A stretch of 42,409 nt of DNA. It comes from Patescibacteria group bacterium. GTDB lineage: Bacteria; Patescibacteriota; Minisyncoccia; HO2-45-28. The position numbers and the translations under genes are program-made. The notes below the pieces were generated by a model. It worked only from the letters and a program-made list of their open reading frames with translations, had not been told where the DNA came from and did not search any database. Where the stretch lies: positions 1-42,409 of the forward strand of contig JADFMT010000002.1 in the NCBI GenBank assembly GCA_022563755.1. Reading direction: 5' to 3'. Each line of letters begins with the position of its first letter. Position 1 is the stretch's first letter. Of the stretch, positions 25,253 to 34,688 are shown in pieces.

Positions 25253-28200
25253 ATGAGTTTTGTTCACCTTCATACCCACTCGCACTATAGCCTGTTGGAT
25301 GGACTGGCCAAAATTGATGATTTAGTCAAAGAAGCTGCCCGGCTCGAAATGCCGGCTCTGGCCTTAACCGATCACGGAAATCTTTATGGTGCAATAGAAT
25401 TTTATAAAAAAGCAACCTCGGCGGGAATCAAACCCATTATTGGGGTGGAAGCATATATTGCTACGGGATCTCGGCATTCTAAAAATCCGGGCACGGATGA
25501 ACGCAGGTTCCACCTAACACTACTTGCCGAGAATACTGAAGGGTATAAAAATCTCCTGCGCCTGGTAACGCTCTCTCACCTTGAAGGATTTTATTACAAA
25601 CCTCGGATGGATAAAGAAATATTGCGCAAATATTCGAAGGGGCTTATAGCAACATCTGGATGCTTGTCAGGAGAAATACCGCGTGCACTTTTTGTGCAAG
25701 ACTCAGAGAAAGCAAAACGCCTCATTCGAGAATATCAAGAAATTTTTGGCAAAGATAATTTTTTTATTGAGCTTTCCCATCACCCGAATATTCCCAACCA
25801 CCCAAAAATTCAAAATGCCTTAAGAGAGCTTGCAGTGGAATTAAAAGTACCGATCGTAGCCACGCAAGATATTCATTATCTCCACAAAGAGGACGCGAAG
25901 GCCCAAGATGTGTTGCTTGCGATCCAAACCAATACGCGCCTGGATGACGAAGACCGACTCACTATGAAAGACGATGACTTCTCTATGCGCTCGCCCCAGG
26001 AAATGAAAGAGTGTTTCCGCGATCTTCCGGAGGCAATTACAAATACAATCGCGATTGCTGATCGTGTAAATATCAAACTAGAGCTTGGAAAGCTCTCGTT
26101 CCCTCATTTTGAGGTCTCCTCATCAGATACTCCAGAGTCCCATCTAGAAAAACTGTGTCGAGAAGGACTCCTTCGCCGCTACGGAACGAACCCGCCCGAA
26201 AAAACAAAAAAACGCCTAGATTACGAACTTGGTGTAATCGGCAAAACCGGATTTGCATCCTATTTTTTAATAGTACAAGACATCACGAATTGGGCAAAGA
26301 AAAACGGCATTGTGGTGGGGCCCGGGCGGGGCTCGGCAGCAGGCTCCCTTGTGGCCTACTTAACCAATATTACGAACATTGACCCCCTTACGTACGATCT
26401 TCTTTTTGAGCGTTTTATGAGTCCGGACCGGGTAAGCCCTCCGGATATTGATCTTGACTTCGCAGATACTCGCCGGGATGAGGTCTTACACTATGTAACA
26501 AAGAAATACGGAGAAGACCGGGTGGCTCAAATCATTACATTTGGAACCATGGCAGCTCGGGCTGCCATTCGCGATGCGGGCCGCGCGTTAGGTATTTCTT
26601 ATACCCTCTGTGATGAGATCGCAAAAATGATTCCCTTTGGCGAATCGTTAAAAGGTGCGATCTCCTCGAACCACGAATTAAAAAGCTCATATGAAACCAA
26701 CCCAGATACAAAACGACTCGTTGAAGCAGCGAGTAAACTCGAGGGTGTTGCCCGCCACGCATCGGTTCATGCCTGTGGTGTGGTTATTGCAAAAGATCCG
26801 TTAGTCAATTCAATCCCGCTTCAATATGCAACACGCGGCAACACGCAAGGGGAAAAAACCGTGGTGACTCAATATGAAATGCACGCAATTGAAGATTTGG
26901 GACTTCTCAAGATGGATCTTTTAGGTCTTAAAACTTTGAGTATTATTGAAGCCGCACTTAACTATGTCAAAAGCCGAACGGGCAAGGCGCTCTCTATAGA
27001 AACCATGAAACCGGATGACTCTAAGGTTTTTGATATGCTCGCCTCGGGTCAGACGCTTGGCGTATTTCAGCTCGAAGGAGGCGGAATGACCCGGTATCTC
27101 ATGGAGCTTAGACCGACTCACATTGAGGATATTATCGCGATGATCTCTCTCTTTCGTCCGGGGCCGATGGAATTGATCCCCCAATATATTGCGCGCAAAC
27201 ACGGCAAAGAAAAAATCACCTATCTTCATCCGCGCCTCGAGCCGATTCTCAAAAAAACTTTCGGTATTATGATCTATCAGGAGCAATTGATGCAGACCGC
27301 GCAGGCCCTTGCAGGATTTACGCTCGTTGAGGCCGATGTTCTTAGAAAGGCCGTGGGCAAAAAAATAAAAAAACTTTTGGACGAACAAAAAGAAAAATTT
27401 ATCCGCGGTGTGGTAAAGACGATTGGCAATAAAAAAATTGCAGAGGATTTATGGAAGTTAATCGAACCCTTTGCGCGCTACGGATTTAACCGCAGCCACG
27501 GTGCGGCATACGCCCTTGTTGCCTACCAAACCGCCTGGTTAAAATGTCACTGGCCACTGGAATTTATGACGGCGCTCATGAATGCCGATGAAAAGGATGT
27601 AGAACGGATTGCATTTCTGGTAAATGAGGCGAAAAAAATGAATATAATGGTCTTGCCGCCTGATATTAATCAAAGCGAGGAAGGTTTTACCCCTTCAGCG
27701 GGTTCGGGGCAAGCCCCTAAACCGTTCATACGGTTTGGTTTGCGAACCATTAAAAATGTTGGAGCAAATGTCGTCTCCTCCATTATTGATGAGCGAAAAA
27801 TGAATGGACCTTATTCAAATCTGGCTGACCTTTTGGAACGTGTATCCTCAAAAAATCTAAATAAAAAATCACTGGAATCATTGGTTAAATCAGGAACACT
27901 GGACCGTATTGGCGAACGAAACCAAATGCTAAATAATTTAGAAGAGATACTTGCTTATCATCGTGACGCCGCCCGTCTGCGGGGTCAGAATCAATCGTCG
28001 CTCTTTGGCCTTATGACCGATCGCACCTCTCTGCCAACGCTTACATTAAAACCGGCGCCGCCGGCAACCTCCGATGAAAAATTACGTTGGGAAAAAGAAC
28101 TCTTGGGACTTTATATTTCCGGCCACCCCTTGCAAAAACTTCAAGAAAAACTGGAAAAAGAAAAAATGAACACCGAAACCATAAGGGCGATGAGCGAAGG

Positions 28201-28444
28201 TACGCCCGCGGTGCTGGGCGCCATGATTGAACATATCCAAAAAATCCTGACTAAAAAGGGAGAGCCGATGGTATTTCTAAAACTTATTGATTTTACCGGG
28301 ACCCTGGAAGCGGTTATCTTTCCAAAAACCCTTCAGCAATATGGCCACCTAATTCAAGAAGAATCCGCCGTCAAAATCAAAGGCCGTGTCTCACATCGTA
28401 ACGGTCGCCCCTCCCTTATTGCAAACGAGATAAAATCACTTTAA
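25253..28444 (+). CDS. dnaE: DNA polymerase III alpha subunit
   Basis: MSFVHLHTHSHYSLLDG marks the PHP domain start, GPGRGSAAGSLVAYL the palm, and there is an OB-fold C-terminus. I trimmed the tracked ORF start (25094) to the ATG at 25253, because the extension overlaps murA and is not conserved-looking. Confidence 0.95.
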   Translation: MSFVHLHTHSHYSLLDGLAKIDDLVKEAARLEMPALALTDHGNLYGAIEFYKKATSAGIKPIIGVEAYIATGSRHSKNPGTDERRFHLTLLAENTEGYKNLLRLVTLSHLEGFYYKPRMDKEILRKYSKGLIATSGCLSGEIPRALFVQDSEKAKRLIREYQEIFGKDNFFIELSHHPNIPNHPKIQNALRELAVELKVPIVATQDIHYLHKEDAKAQDVLLAIQTNTRLDDEDRLTMKDDDFSMRSPQEMKECFRDLPEAITNTIAIADRVNIKLELGKLSFPHFEVSSSDTPESHLEKLCREGLLRRYGTNPPEKTKKRLDYELGVIGKTGFASYFLIVQDITNWAKKNGIVVGPGRGSAAGSLVAYLTNITNIDPLTYDLLFERFMSPDRVSPPDIDLDFADTRRDEVLHYVTKKYGEDRVAQIITFGTMAARAAIRDAGRALGISYTLCDEIAKMIPFGESLKGAISSNHELKSSYETNPDTKRLVEAASKLEGVARHASVHACGVVIAKDPLVNSIPLQYATRGNTQGEKTVVTQYEMHAIEDLGLLKMDLLGLKTLSIIEAALNYVKSRTGKALSIETMKPDDSKVFDMLASGQTLGVFQLEGGGMTRYLMELRPTHIEDIIAMISLFRPGPMELIPQYIARKHGKEKITYLHPRLEPILKKTFGIMIYQEQLMQTAQALAGFTLVEADVLRKAVGKKIKKLLDEQKEKFIRGVVKTIGNKKIAEDLWKLIEPFARYGFNRSHGAAYALVAYQTAWLKCHWPLEFMTALMNADEKDVERIAFLVNEAKKMNIMVLPPDINQSEEGFTPSAGSGQAPKPFIRFGLRTIKNVGANVVSSIIDERKMNGPYSNLADLLERVSSKNLNKKSLESLVKSGTLDRIGERNQMLNNLEEILAYHRDAARLRGQNQSSLFGLMTDRTSLPTLTLKPAPPATSDEKLRWEKELLGLYISGHPLQKLQEKLEKEKMNTETIRAMSEGTPAVLGAMIEHIQKILTKKGEPMVFLKLIDFTGTLEAVIFPKTLQQYGHLIQEESAVKIKGRVSHRNGRPSLIANEIKSL

Positions 28445-28454
28445 AGTACGCTGT

Positions 28455-29690
28455 ATGGCGCTAAAAAAAGAAAAATCAAAATCCGACCCGTCTCGCAAAG
28501 ACAAGGTGGATCACCGAGTGCTGGGAAAACAGCTTGATTTGTTCTCCTTTCATGACGTGGCACCGGGGACGGTTTTTTGGCACGGTAATGGAATGATTAT
28601 CTGGCGTGAGCTTGAAAAATATTTCCGTTCCAAACTCGACCAAGAAAACTACGAGGAAGTTTCGACTCCAATTATGGTGAAAAAGGATTTGTTTGAAAAA
28701 TCAGGACATTGGACCCACTTTAAAAAAAATATGTTTACTCTCGTAGTCAATAATGAAACTTATGTCTTAAAACCCATGAACTGCCCGGGAAGCGCTCTCA
28801 TCTATTCTAGTCGGATCAGGTCCTATCGTGATCTGCCACTGCGGTTATCTGAAATTACCGATCGACTCCATCGAAATGAACTCTCAGGTACCTTAGGCGG
28901 ACTTCTTAGAGTGCGCCAAATGACCCAAGATGACGCGCATATTTATGCAAGGCCGGAGCAAATAGAGAGCGAGATACAGGGGCTCATAAGATTAGTGAAG
29001 GAATTTTATTCAAATTTTGATATGCCGCTGTCATTTAACTTCGCTACCAAACCCAAGGATGCAATGGGAGATCCCAAACTCTGGGAAAAGGCAGAGAGAG
29101 CGCTTGAGGCGGTACTTAAAAAATCAAGAGTGAAATACAAAATTCAGCCAAAAGATGGGACGTTCTACGGCCCCAAAATCGACATCAATGTCACAGATTC
29201 ACAAAATCGCGAATGGACAATTGCAACAATCCAGCTCGACTTTCAAATGCCTGAACGGTTTAAACTTGAATATATCGACGAAGACGGTTCTCGCAAACGA
29301 CCGGTCATGATTCACCGGGCGATTCTCGGAACGTTCGAACGTTTCATTGGAATTCTCATTGAACACTACCAAGGCGCTTTGCCCTTTTGGCTCATGCCGA
29401 TTCAAGTCGCAATTCTTCCGATCACCGATAAAATAAAAACATATGGCCTGTCCATAGAGCAAAAACTTAAAAAAGAGGGGCTTCGTGTTTTTGTCGACGC
29501 GCGTAACGAAACTATTGGCAAAAAGATTCGAGAAGCGGAGCTGAAAAAAATCCCTTATATTCTTGTAATCGGGGATGATGAGGTAAAAAAGAAAGGAGTG
29601 AATATAAGAAAACGTGGTGAGAAAAAACAAAAATTTATGAAAATTGATGCCTTCATTAAAGGAATTCTTAAAGAAAGAAGCCCTCGTTAG
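28455..29690 (+). CDS. thrS: Threonyl-tRNA synthetase, catalytic plus anticodon-binding domains only (no TGS or editing domain)
   Basis: DHRVLGKQLDLFSF lies at residue ~19; in my recollection the equivalent E. coli ThrRS motif lies roughly 240 residues in. Class II motifs (FRNE-like LHRNELSGTLGGLLRVRQMTQDDAHIY, HRAILGTFERFIGILIEHY) and a HisRS/ThrRS-type anticodon-binding domain follow. Total length is 411 aa. Confidence 0.85.
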   Translation: MALKKEKSKSDPSRKDKVDHRVLGKQLDLFSFHDVAPGTVFWHGNGMIIWRELEKYFRSKLDQENYEEVSTPIMVKKDLFEKSGHWTHFKKNMFTLVVNNETYVLKPMNCPGSALIYSSRIRSYRDLPLRLSEITDRLHRNELSGTLGGLLRVRQMTQDDAHIYARPEQIESEIQGLIRLVKEFYSNFDMPLSFNFATKPKDAMGDPKLWEKAERALEAVLKKSRVKYKIQPKDGTFYGPKIDINVTDSQNREWTIATIQLDFQMPERFKLEYIDEDGSRKRPVMIHRAILGTFERFIGILIEHYQGALPFWLMPIQVAILPITDKIKTYGLSIEQKLKKEGLRVFVDARNETIGKKIREAELKKIPYILVIGDDEVKKKGVNIRKRGEKKQKFMKIDAFIKGILKERSPR

Positions 29691-30555
29691 CGCAAAGAAC
29701 AAAAAACTCATTGTTATTGTCGGGCAAACGGCTTCTGGAAAATCTGCGCTTGCGGTTCGGCTTGCAAAAAAAATCAATGGAGAGATTATCTCGGCTGATT
29801 CACGTCAAGTCTACAGGGGGTTAAATCTTGCCTCGGGAAAAATAACCAAAAAGGAAATGGCAGGCATAAAGCATTATTGCCTGGATCTCGTCTCTCTGAG
29901 AACGGTTTTTACGGCTCGACGCTTCAAAACATGTTTTGCCTCGTCGCTTAAAAAAATCCAAAAGCGTGGCAAAACTCCCATCCTCGTTGGTGGAACAGGA
30001 TTCTATATTGACGCCGCACTTGGCATTATAGATATTCCAAAAATCTCTCCAAATTGGCCGTTTCGAAAAAAGCTCGAGGGGAAATCTCTTAAAATGCTTT
30101 TTAATATGTTAAAACGACTAGACTCCCGCCGTGCCTTAATTATCGAACCTAAAAACAAACGCCGCATCATCCGCGCTATTGAGATCGCAAAAACCCATCC
30201 CCAAGGACCGTTCTTGGAGAAGAATTACCAAGGACCATCCTTGGTTTGGCTTGGTATAAAAATAGATCCTCAAAAACTCAGAAAACAAATAAATCAAAGA
30301 TTAAACGAGCGGCTTGAAAAAGGAATGATTACAGAAATAAAAAAACTCCACAATCCGCCAGCTGGCAAAGGAGTATCGTGGAGACGTTTAGATGAGCTTG
30401 GACTTGAATCTAGGTGGGTATCGCGTTATTTGCGCGGACTTATCAGCAAGGAAGAAATGACCCGCCGGCTTGAGAATGCTATCTGGCGCTATGGTCGCCG
30501 TCAAATGACGTGGTTCAAGCGAAACAAAAACATTCGCTGGATCACAATAACTTAA
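29644..30555 (+). CDS. miaA: tRNA dimethylallyltransferase
   Basis: It has the P-loop VGQTASGKSALAV, then ISADSRQVYRGLNLASGKIT and GGTGFYIDA. Its start overlaps the thrS 3' end. Confidence 0.9.
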   Translation: MMPSLKEFLKKEALVSAKNKKLIVIVGQTASGKSALAVRLAKKINGEIISADSRQVYRGLNLASGKITKKEMAGIKHYCLDLVSLRTVFTARRFKTCFASSLKKIQKRGKTPILVGGTGFYIDAALGIIDIPKISPNWPFRKKLEGKSLKMLFNMLKRLDSRRALIIEPKNKRRIIRAIEIAKTHPQGPFLEKNYQGPSLVWLGIKIDPQKLRKQINQRLNERLEKGMITEIKKLHNPPAGKGVSWRRLDELGLESRWVSRYLRGLISKEEMTRRLENAIWRYGRRQMTWFKRNKNIRWITIT

Positions 30556-32005
30556 GCAAAATCTTTTTCACAACTTCAGGATTTGCGCTGCCTTTGGTTT
30601 CTCGCATGACCTGACCCACTAAGAATTGTAAAGTGGTTTCTTTACCGGCTTTGTAGTCACTTACGGCTTTTGGACTTGCATTAATAATTTTCTTTGCAAT
30701 CTTCTCAAGCTCGCCTTCTTTATTCATTAGTCCAAGGCCTTGATCGCGAACAATATCAGAAGGATCGCCGCCCTCCTCTACCATCGTCCGCAGGACGTCT
30801 TTTGTAACCCGCGAGGAAACTTCGCTTTGCGACAGCATTTTAATAAGTTCGGCAAAATTTTCCGGAGTCACCAAAAGCTCTTGCCACAAAATGCCTTTTT
30901 CTTTCACTAGCCCCTGAAGATCAGAGGTCAAATAATTAAACGCAAGCCTTACAAGCTCAGTCTTTTTTGTTTTATCTCCCCATTCTAGAAGCTCTGAGGT
31001 CGCCTCTTCAAAAAATCGAGAAAGGCGCTCATCTTCAATTAACATTGCGGAAGCTTTTGCGTCCATTCCGTATTCATCCTGAAAACGCTTTCGTTTCTCC
31101 CACGGAAGCTCGGGTAATTTTCGCCTGAGCATTTCAGGATTAAGCTCGGGGTCTTCATACACCTCAAGCGGTGGCAAATCTGGTTCTGGAAAATAGCGGT
31201 AGTCATGCGACTCTTCTTTTTTTCGTTGCGAGAAGGTTTTTTGTTTCCCCTCATCCCAACCGCGCGTCTCTTGTACCACGCTTTTGCTGCCTGCGAGTAG
31301 TTTTTCTTGGCGCTTAATTTCGTATTCAATCGCTCGGCGCAGTACATTGAATGAATTGATGTTTTTTACCTCCACCTTGGTACCCAATGAGGAATCGGCG
31401 CTTAAAGAAATGTTTGCTTCCAGGCGCATCTCGCCTTTTTCCATGTCGGCATCCGATACACCAAGATAGCGCAGGAGTCGCCGAAATTCTTCTCCAAATT
31501 CACTTGCCTCCTCGCTAGAGGAAATATCTGGTTTGGTTACCAACTCCATCAACGGAACGCCCGCACGGTTAAAATCAACCAGGCTTCCGGAACCGGCAGA
31601 ATCATGCACAAGCCGGCCCGTATCTTCTTCTAGGTGGATACGCTCAAGGTGGATTTTCTTTCCAGATGATGGTAACGCAAGCTCCCCGCCCTTAACCAGT
31701 GGATGTTGATATTGAGAAATTTGATATCCTTTAGGTAGATCCGGATAAAAATAATTCTTGCGGTCAAATCGAGAGTAATGCGCGACCTCACCCCCGAGCG
31801 CAAGGCCCGTTTTAAGCACAAGCTTTACCGCTTCTTTATTAATCACCGGCAGAGTTCCCGGATGCCCCATACAGACCGGGCAGATATTGATGTTAGGATG
31901 CTTTTCGGCAGAATCATTTAAAGAGTCGCAAAACATCTTCGTCTTGGTTTTCAATTCAGCGTGAATCTCCAATCCGATTGTAGGTTTATATGTATTCATA
32001 TGCAT
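30542..32005 (-). CDS. gatB: Asp/Glu-tRNA amidotransferase subunit B
   Basis: It has YKPTIGLEIHAELKTKTKMFC, CPVCMGHPGTLPV, EANISL and a C-terminal YqeY-like tail. No gatA or gatC is adjacent. Confidence 0.95.
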   Translation of the reverse strand: MHMNTYKPTIGLEIHAELKTKTKMFCDSLNDSAEKHPNINICPVCMGHPGTLPVINKEAVKLVLKTGLALGGEVAHYSRFDRKNYFYPDLPKGYQISQYQHPLVKGGELALPSSGKKIHLERIHLEEDTGRLVHDSAGSGSLVDFNRAGVPLMELVTKPDISSSEEASEFGEEFRRLLRYLGVSDADMEKGEMRLEANISLSADSSLGTKVEVKNINSFNVLRRAIEYEIKRQEKLLAGSKSVVQETRGWDEGKQKTFSQRKKEESHDYRYFPEPDLPPLEVYEDPELNPEMLRRKLPELPWEKRKRFQDEYGMDAKASAMLIEDERLSRFFEEATSELLEWGDKTKKTELVRLAFNYLTSDLQGLVKEKGILWQELLVTPENFAELIKMLSQSEVSSRVTKDVLRTMVEEGGDPSDIVRDQGLGLMNKEGELEKIAKKIINASPKAVSDYKAGKETTLQFLVGQVMRETKGSANPEVVKKILLKLL

Positions 32006-32048
32006 ACTTGCTTGTCTGCCTGTCCGCTAAAACATAAGCTACGGCAGA

Positions 32049-32076
32049 TTGATATTTCATAAATGTAGTATAAAAT
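32049..32076 (+). promoter_or_regulatory. Sigma70-type promoter placing the transcription start at the efp ATG (leaderless candidate)
   Basis: TTGATA (32049-32054), a 16-nt spacer, TAAAAT (32071-32076), then 6 nt to the ATG at 32083. There is no SD. Confidence 0.5.
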
Positions 32077-32082
32077 AGTTAG

Positions 32083-32685
32083 ATGCTCTCGTATAGCGAT
32101 CTACAAAAAGGCATCACTTTTCTTCTGGATGGTGAGCCATATCAGGTAGTGGAGTCACAATTCTTGCGAATGCAGCAGCGAAAACCGGTTATGCAGGCAA
32201 AAATAAAGAATCTGGTCAGTGGAAAAGTGATGTCTAAGAATTTCCATCAAAATGAATCTTTTAAGGAAGTAGAGATTGAACGTACTCCCATGATATTTCT
32301 TTTTGAACATCGGGATCAATTTACCTTTCACGTCTCCGACAACCCTGCGGATCGAAAAACGCTCGATAGAATACATGTAGGTGGGGCGGCAAAATTTCTT
32401 AAACCCAATCTTCAAGTCGAATTTCAAAAATTTTCCGTCCAAGGCGGACCCGCTTCGAATGAAAATGATACGGTCATTGGAATTTCGTTACCGATAAAAA
32501 TAGATTACATCGTTAAAGAAGCACCGCCCACGGAACGGGGAAACACTGCGCAGGGAGGAACAAAGGAAATTACACTGGAAAATGGCCTGCGGATCCAGGT
32601 CCCATTTTTTATCCGTGAAGGCGATGTTGTGCGCATAAATACCGAGACGAGTGAGTATGTCGAGCGAGCAGAAAAACAAAAATGA
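32083..32685 (+). CDS. efp: Elongation factor P
   Basis: DLQKGITFLLDGEPYQVVESQF is a canonical EF-P domain I start, and the three-domain length is about right at 200 aa. The loop normally carrying the modified Lys/Arg reads LRMQQRKPVMQ. Confidence 0.9.
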   Translation: MLSYSDLQKGITFLLDGEPYQVVESQFLRMQQRKPVMQAKIKNLVSGKVMSKNFHQNESFKEVEIERTPMIFLFEHRDQFTFHVSDNPADRKTLDRIHVGGAAKFLKPNLQVEFQKFSVQGGPASNENDTVIGISLPIKIDYIVKEAPPTERGNTAQGGTKEITLENGLRIQVPFFIREGDVVRINTETSEYVERAEKQK

Positions 32686-33345
32686 TTACTCAAAATACCC
32701 TTCACTCCACGAACAAAACGCACACTCAGAATGTTTCAGTGGCATAGGAGACTTTAAAACTTCGAGCGCTCGCTCAAATTCTTTTTTGGCATTCTCGCCA
32801 TTGGTTTTTACCTCCTTAACCTCAACATTGAAACTTACGTGTCCATTCTCGCGAACTTCTTTGGGAAAGTAATAAACAAGATAGGCTAAATGGTTTGTCG
32901 GATAATCATTCTCCTCCAATAAAAGGGTATAAGCATCAAGTTGACCTTGATAAAACCTGTGCCCATCTTCTTTTGGCGGATATCCTCTAGTTTTATAATC
33001 AAGCGCGGCATAATATTTGCCCTCCACCACACAGTCATCAAGGGCGCCCGAAAGGACTCCTCCTGCCCTTTCATCTTCATACCGAAGTCCGGTTCTCCAA
33101 TTACGCCATTTATTTAATATATCTAGATCGGGAAATAGCACGCCTCTTACTTTCGGACGAATCTCAGGTGGAAGCTCGCCCTTTTTGCGCCAGATATCAA
33201 AATATTTCTTAATCACCCCGTCCATTCCCGAGGGCAGTGACGGGAATGGTCCGGAAGGCCGATGGACCCGCTCGTTTACGCGCAGCCAAAAACAGCGCGG
33301 ACATTCGCGAAAGAGATTTAAGGTTGAAGGTGAAAGCCGAATCAT
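32686..33345 (-). CDS. PD-(D/E)XK (Cas4/RecB-like) nuclease-fold protein with terminal Cys pairs
   Basis: It has LSPSTLNLFRECPRCFWL at the N-terminus, ALDYKTRG (D..K core) and a C-terminal ECAFCSW. The four Cys are arranged as in Cas4-type Fe-S nucleases. No CRISPR array or cas genes are in the window. Confidence 0.6.
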   Translation of the reverse strand: MIRLSPSTLNLFRECPRCFWLRVNERVHRPSGPFPSLPSGMDGVIKKYFDIWRKKGELPPEIRPKVRGVLFPDLDILNKWRNWRTGLRYEDERAGGVLSGALDDCVVEGKYYAALDYKTRGYPPKEDGHRFYQGQLDAYTLLLEENDYPTNHLAYLVYYFPKEVRENGHVSFNVEVKEVKTNGENAKKEFERALEVLKSPMPLKHSECAFCSWSEGYFE

Positions 33346-33362
33346 GCTCCTATGATATCTTA

Positions 33363-33530
33363 TTACAGACCTTTATCTTCTTCAGCGTGAGCAGTAATTT
33401 CTAAATTGCAGCTATGATGCTCCCGGCACCATACCTCGCATTTCTCGGCCCAGTTCCTGTCTTCGTAATAGAAACTGCATTCCTCGCACTGATATAATTC
33501 TTTATTTTCTTTTTGAACAACTTTAATCAT
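33363..33530 (-). CDS. Untracked 55-aa Cys-rich protein (below the ORF-track size cutoff)
   Basis: Hand translation gives MIKVVQKENKELYQCEECSFYYEDRNWAEKCEVWCREHHSCNLEITAHAEEDKGL, with Cys at 15, 18, 31, 35 and 41. Its ATG lies 5 nt after the stop of the CcdA-like gene and its stop 17 nt before the nuclease ATG, so it sits within an operon. Confidence 0.5.
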   Translation of the reverse strand: MIKVVQKENKELYQCEECSFYYEDRNWAEKCEVWCREHHSCNLEITAHAEEDKGL

Positions 33531-33534
33531 ATAT

Positions 33535-34587
33535 TTAACGATTGTTTATAGATTCGACCTCAACTCCATGCCCACGTTCTACCTCAATCCATCCTGTAGA
33601 TGCAGAAAGTCCAAGAAGAATCAAAAGTAAACTAATAATCCAAAACTTCGCGCCTTGGATACCGCGCTTCAGCTTATACCAAATCAGCGGGGTCAAAATG
33701 AGCAGGATAAGCGACCACCATCCAGCCGCAAAAGAAGCTTCGAAAACCCCCGCCGCAACTGGATGATCCGGAACCTCGGCAAGATTGGAGGCGATCATGT
33801 AAATGAACTGATTCCACGAAGCGTGAAAGATGGAATCTTCCCACCAATGCATGCCAAATAATCCATAGGTGAGTATAAATGCGCCAACAATTACAAGTGC
33901 GGTACCGGTCCAAAGATTTATTTTTCCAGACACTTTACTCATCCATTGAATGCTTTTCATTCCCAAAAGGGTTAACACTACAAGAAAAATGAGCGGCGTG
34001 GCTCTACCAAGTCCATGCACCAACCCAAGCCATCCGCCGACAGCCATTGAACCGGTTGAAGCAATATACGTCAACAAAACATAAAACGCAGGATTGGGAC
34101 AACCAATACCGGCATTTCCTAAAAACATTCCCAGCAAAAATGTTTTCGCGTATCCTTGCATAATCCATGCGGGGACGCGATGCGTAAATACGGGAAGCGG
34201 AATACGGAAAAGGTCGAGTTCGGTAAGCGCGAAAAGAAGCGCCATCGAACCAGCAATAACAAACATGACTCTCGTAAATTGGTCGAGGCCAAAGTATCCT
34301 CCAAGAAAGGCTGTGGCAATTCCATAGAGAGCGAGCGTTACCGCAAGTCCAAATCCAAACGCCACTGCGATACCAAGTGCTTTCTGTAATTTCTTTTCCT
34401 TTACCGCTAGTGGAATAATAACAAAAGCAAGCGGAAGCGTGCAAGGCAGAAAAATCATCGAAAGGCCCGCCGCAAACGAGAGAAACACCGAAATCGAATT
34501 ATCGCTTTGCACAGCTAGCCACAACAACCCGCTCGCAATAACGATAAAAAGCGCAAACGCTAAAATTGCAAGAAGTTTATTATTCAT
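33535..34587 (-). CDS. CcdA/DsbD-like polytopic membrane protein (second, larger paralogue)
   Basis: It has FLPCTLPLAFVIIPL in the first TM region and GIGCPNPAFYVLL in a later TM helix, i.e. two membrane-embedded Cys-Pro motifs as in DsbD-family transporters. There are about 9-10 helices. Confidence 0.6.
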   Translation of the reverse strand: MNNKLLAILAFALFIVIASGLLWLAVQSDNSISVFLSFAAGLSMIFLPCTLPLAFVIIPLAVKEKKLQKALGIAVAFGFGLAVTLALYGIATAFLGGYFGLDQFTRVMFVIAGSMALLFALTELDLFRIPLPVFTHRVPAWIMQGYAKTFLLGMFLGNAGIGCPNPAFYVLLTYIASTGSMAVGGWLGLVHGLGRATPLIFLVVLTLLGMKSIQWMSKVSGKINLWTGTALVIVGAFILTYGLFGMHWWEDSIFHASWNQFIYMIASNLAEVPDHPVAAGVFEASFAAGWWSLILLILTPLIWYKLKRGIQGAKFWIISLLLILLGLSASTGWIEVERGHGVEVESINNR

Positions 34588-34688
34588 TTAGCTTAATTAC
34601 ATCATGAACCGTGGCATTTTTTATCCTTCGACGAGATCCGTCCGCCGTAGCTTATGCTTTGGCGGACTCCGCTTCTTCAAAAATAAAT

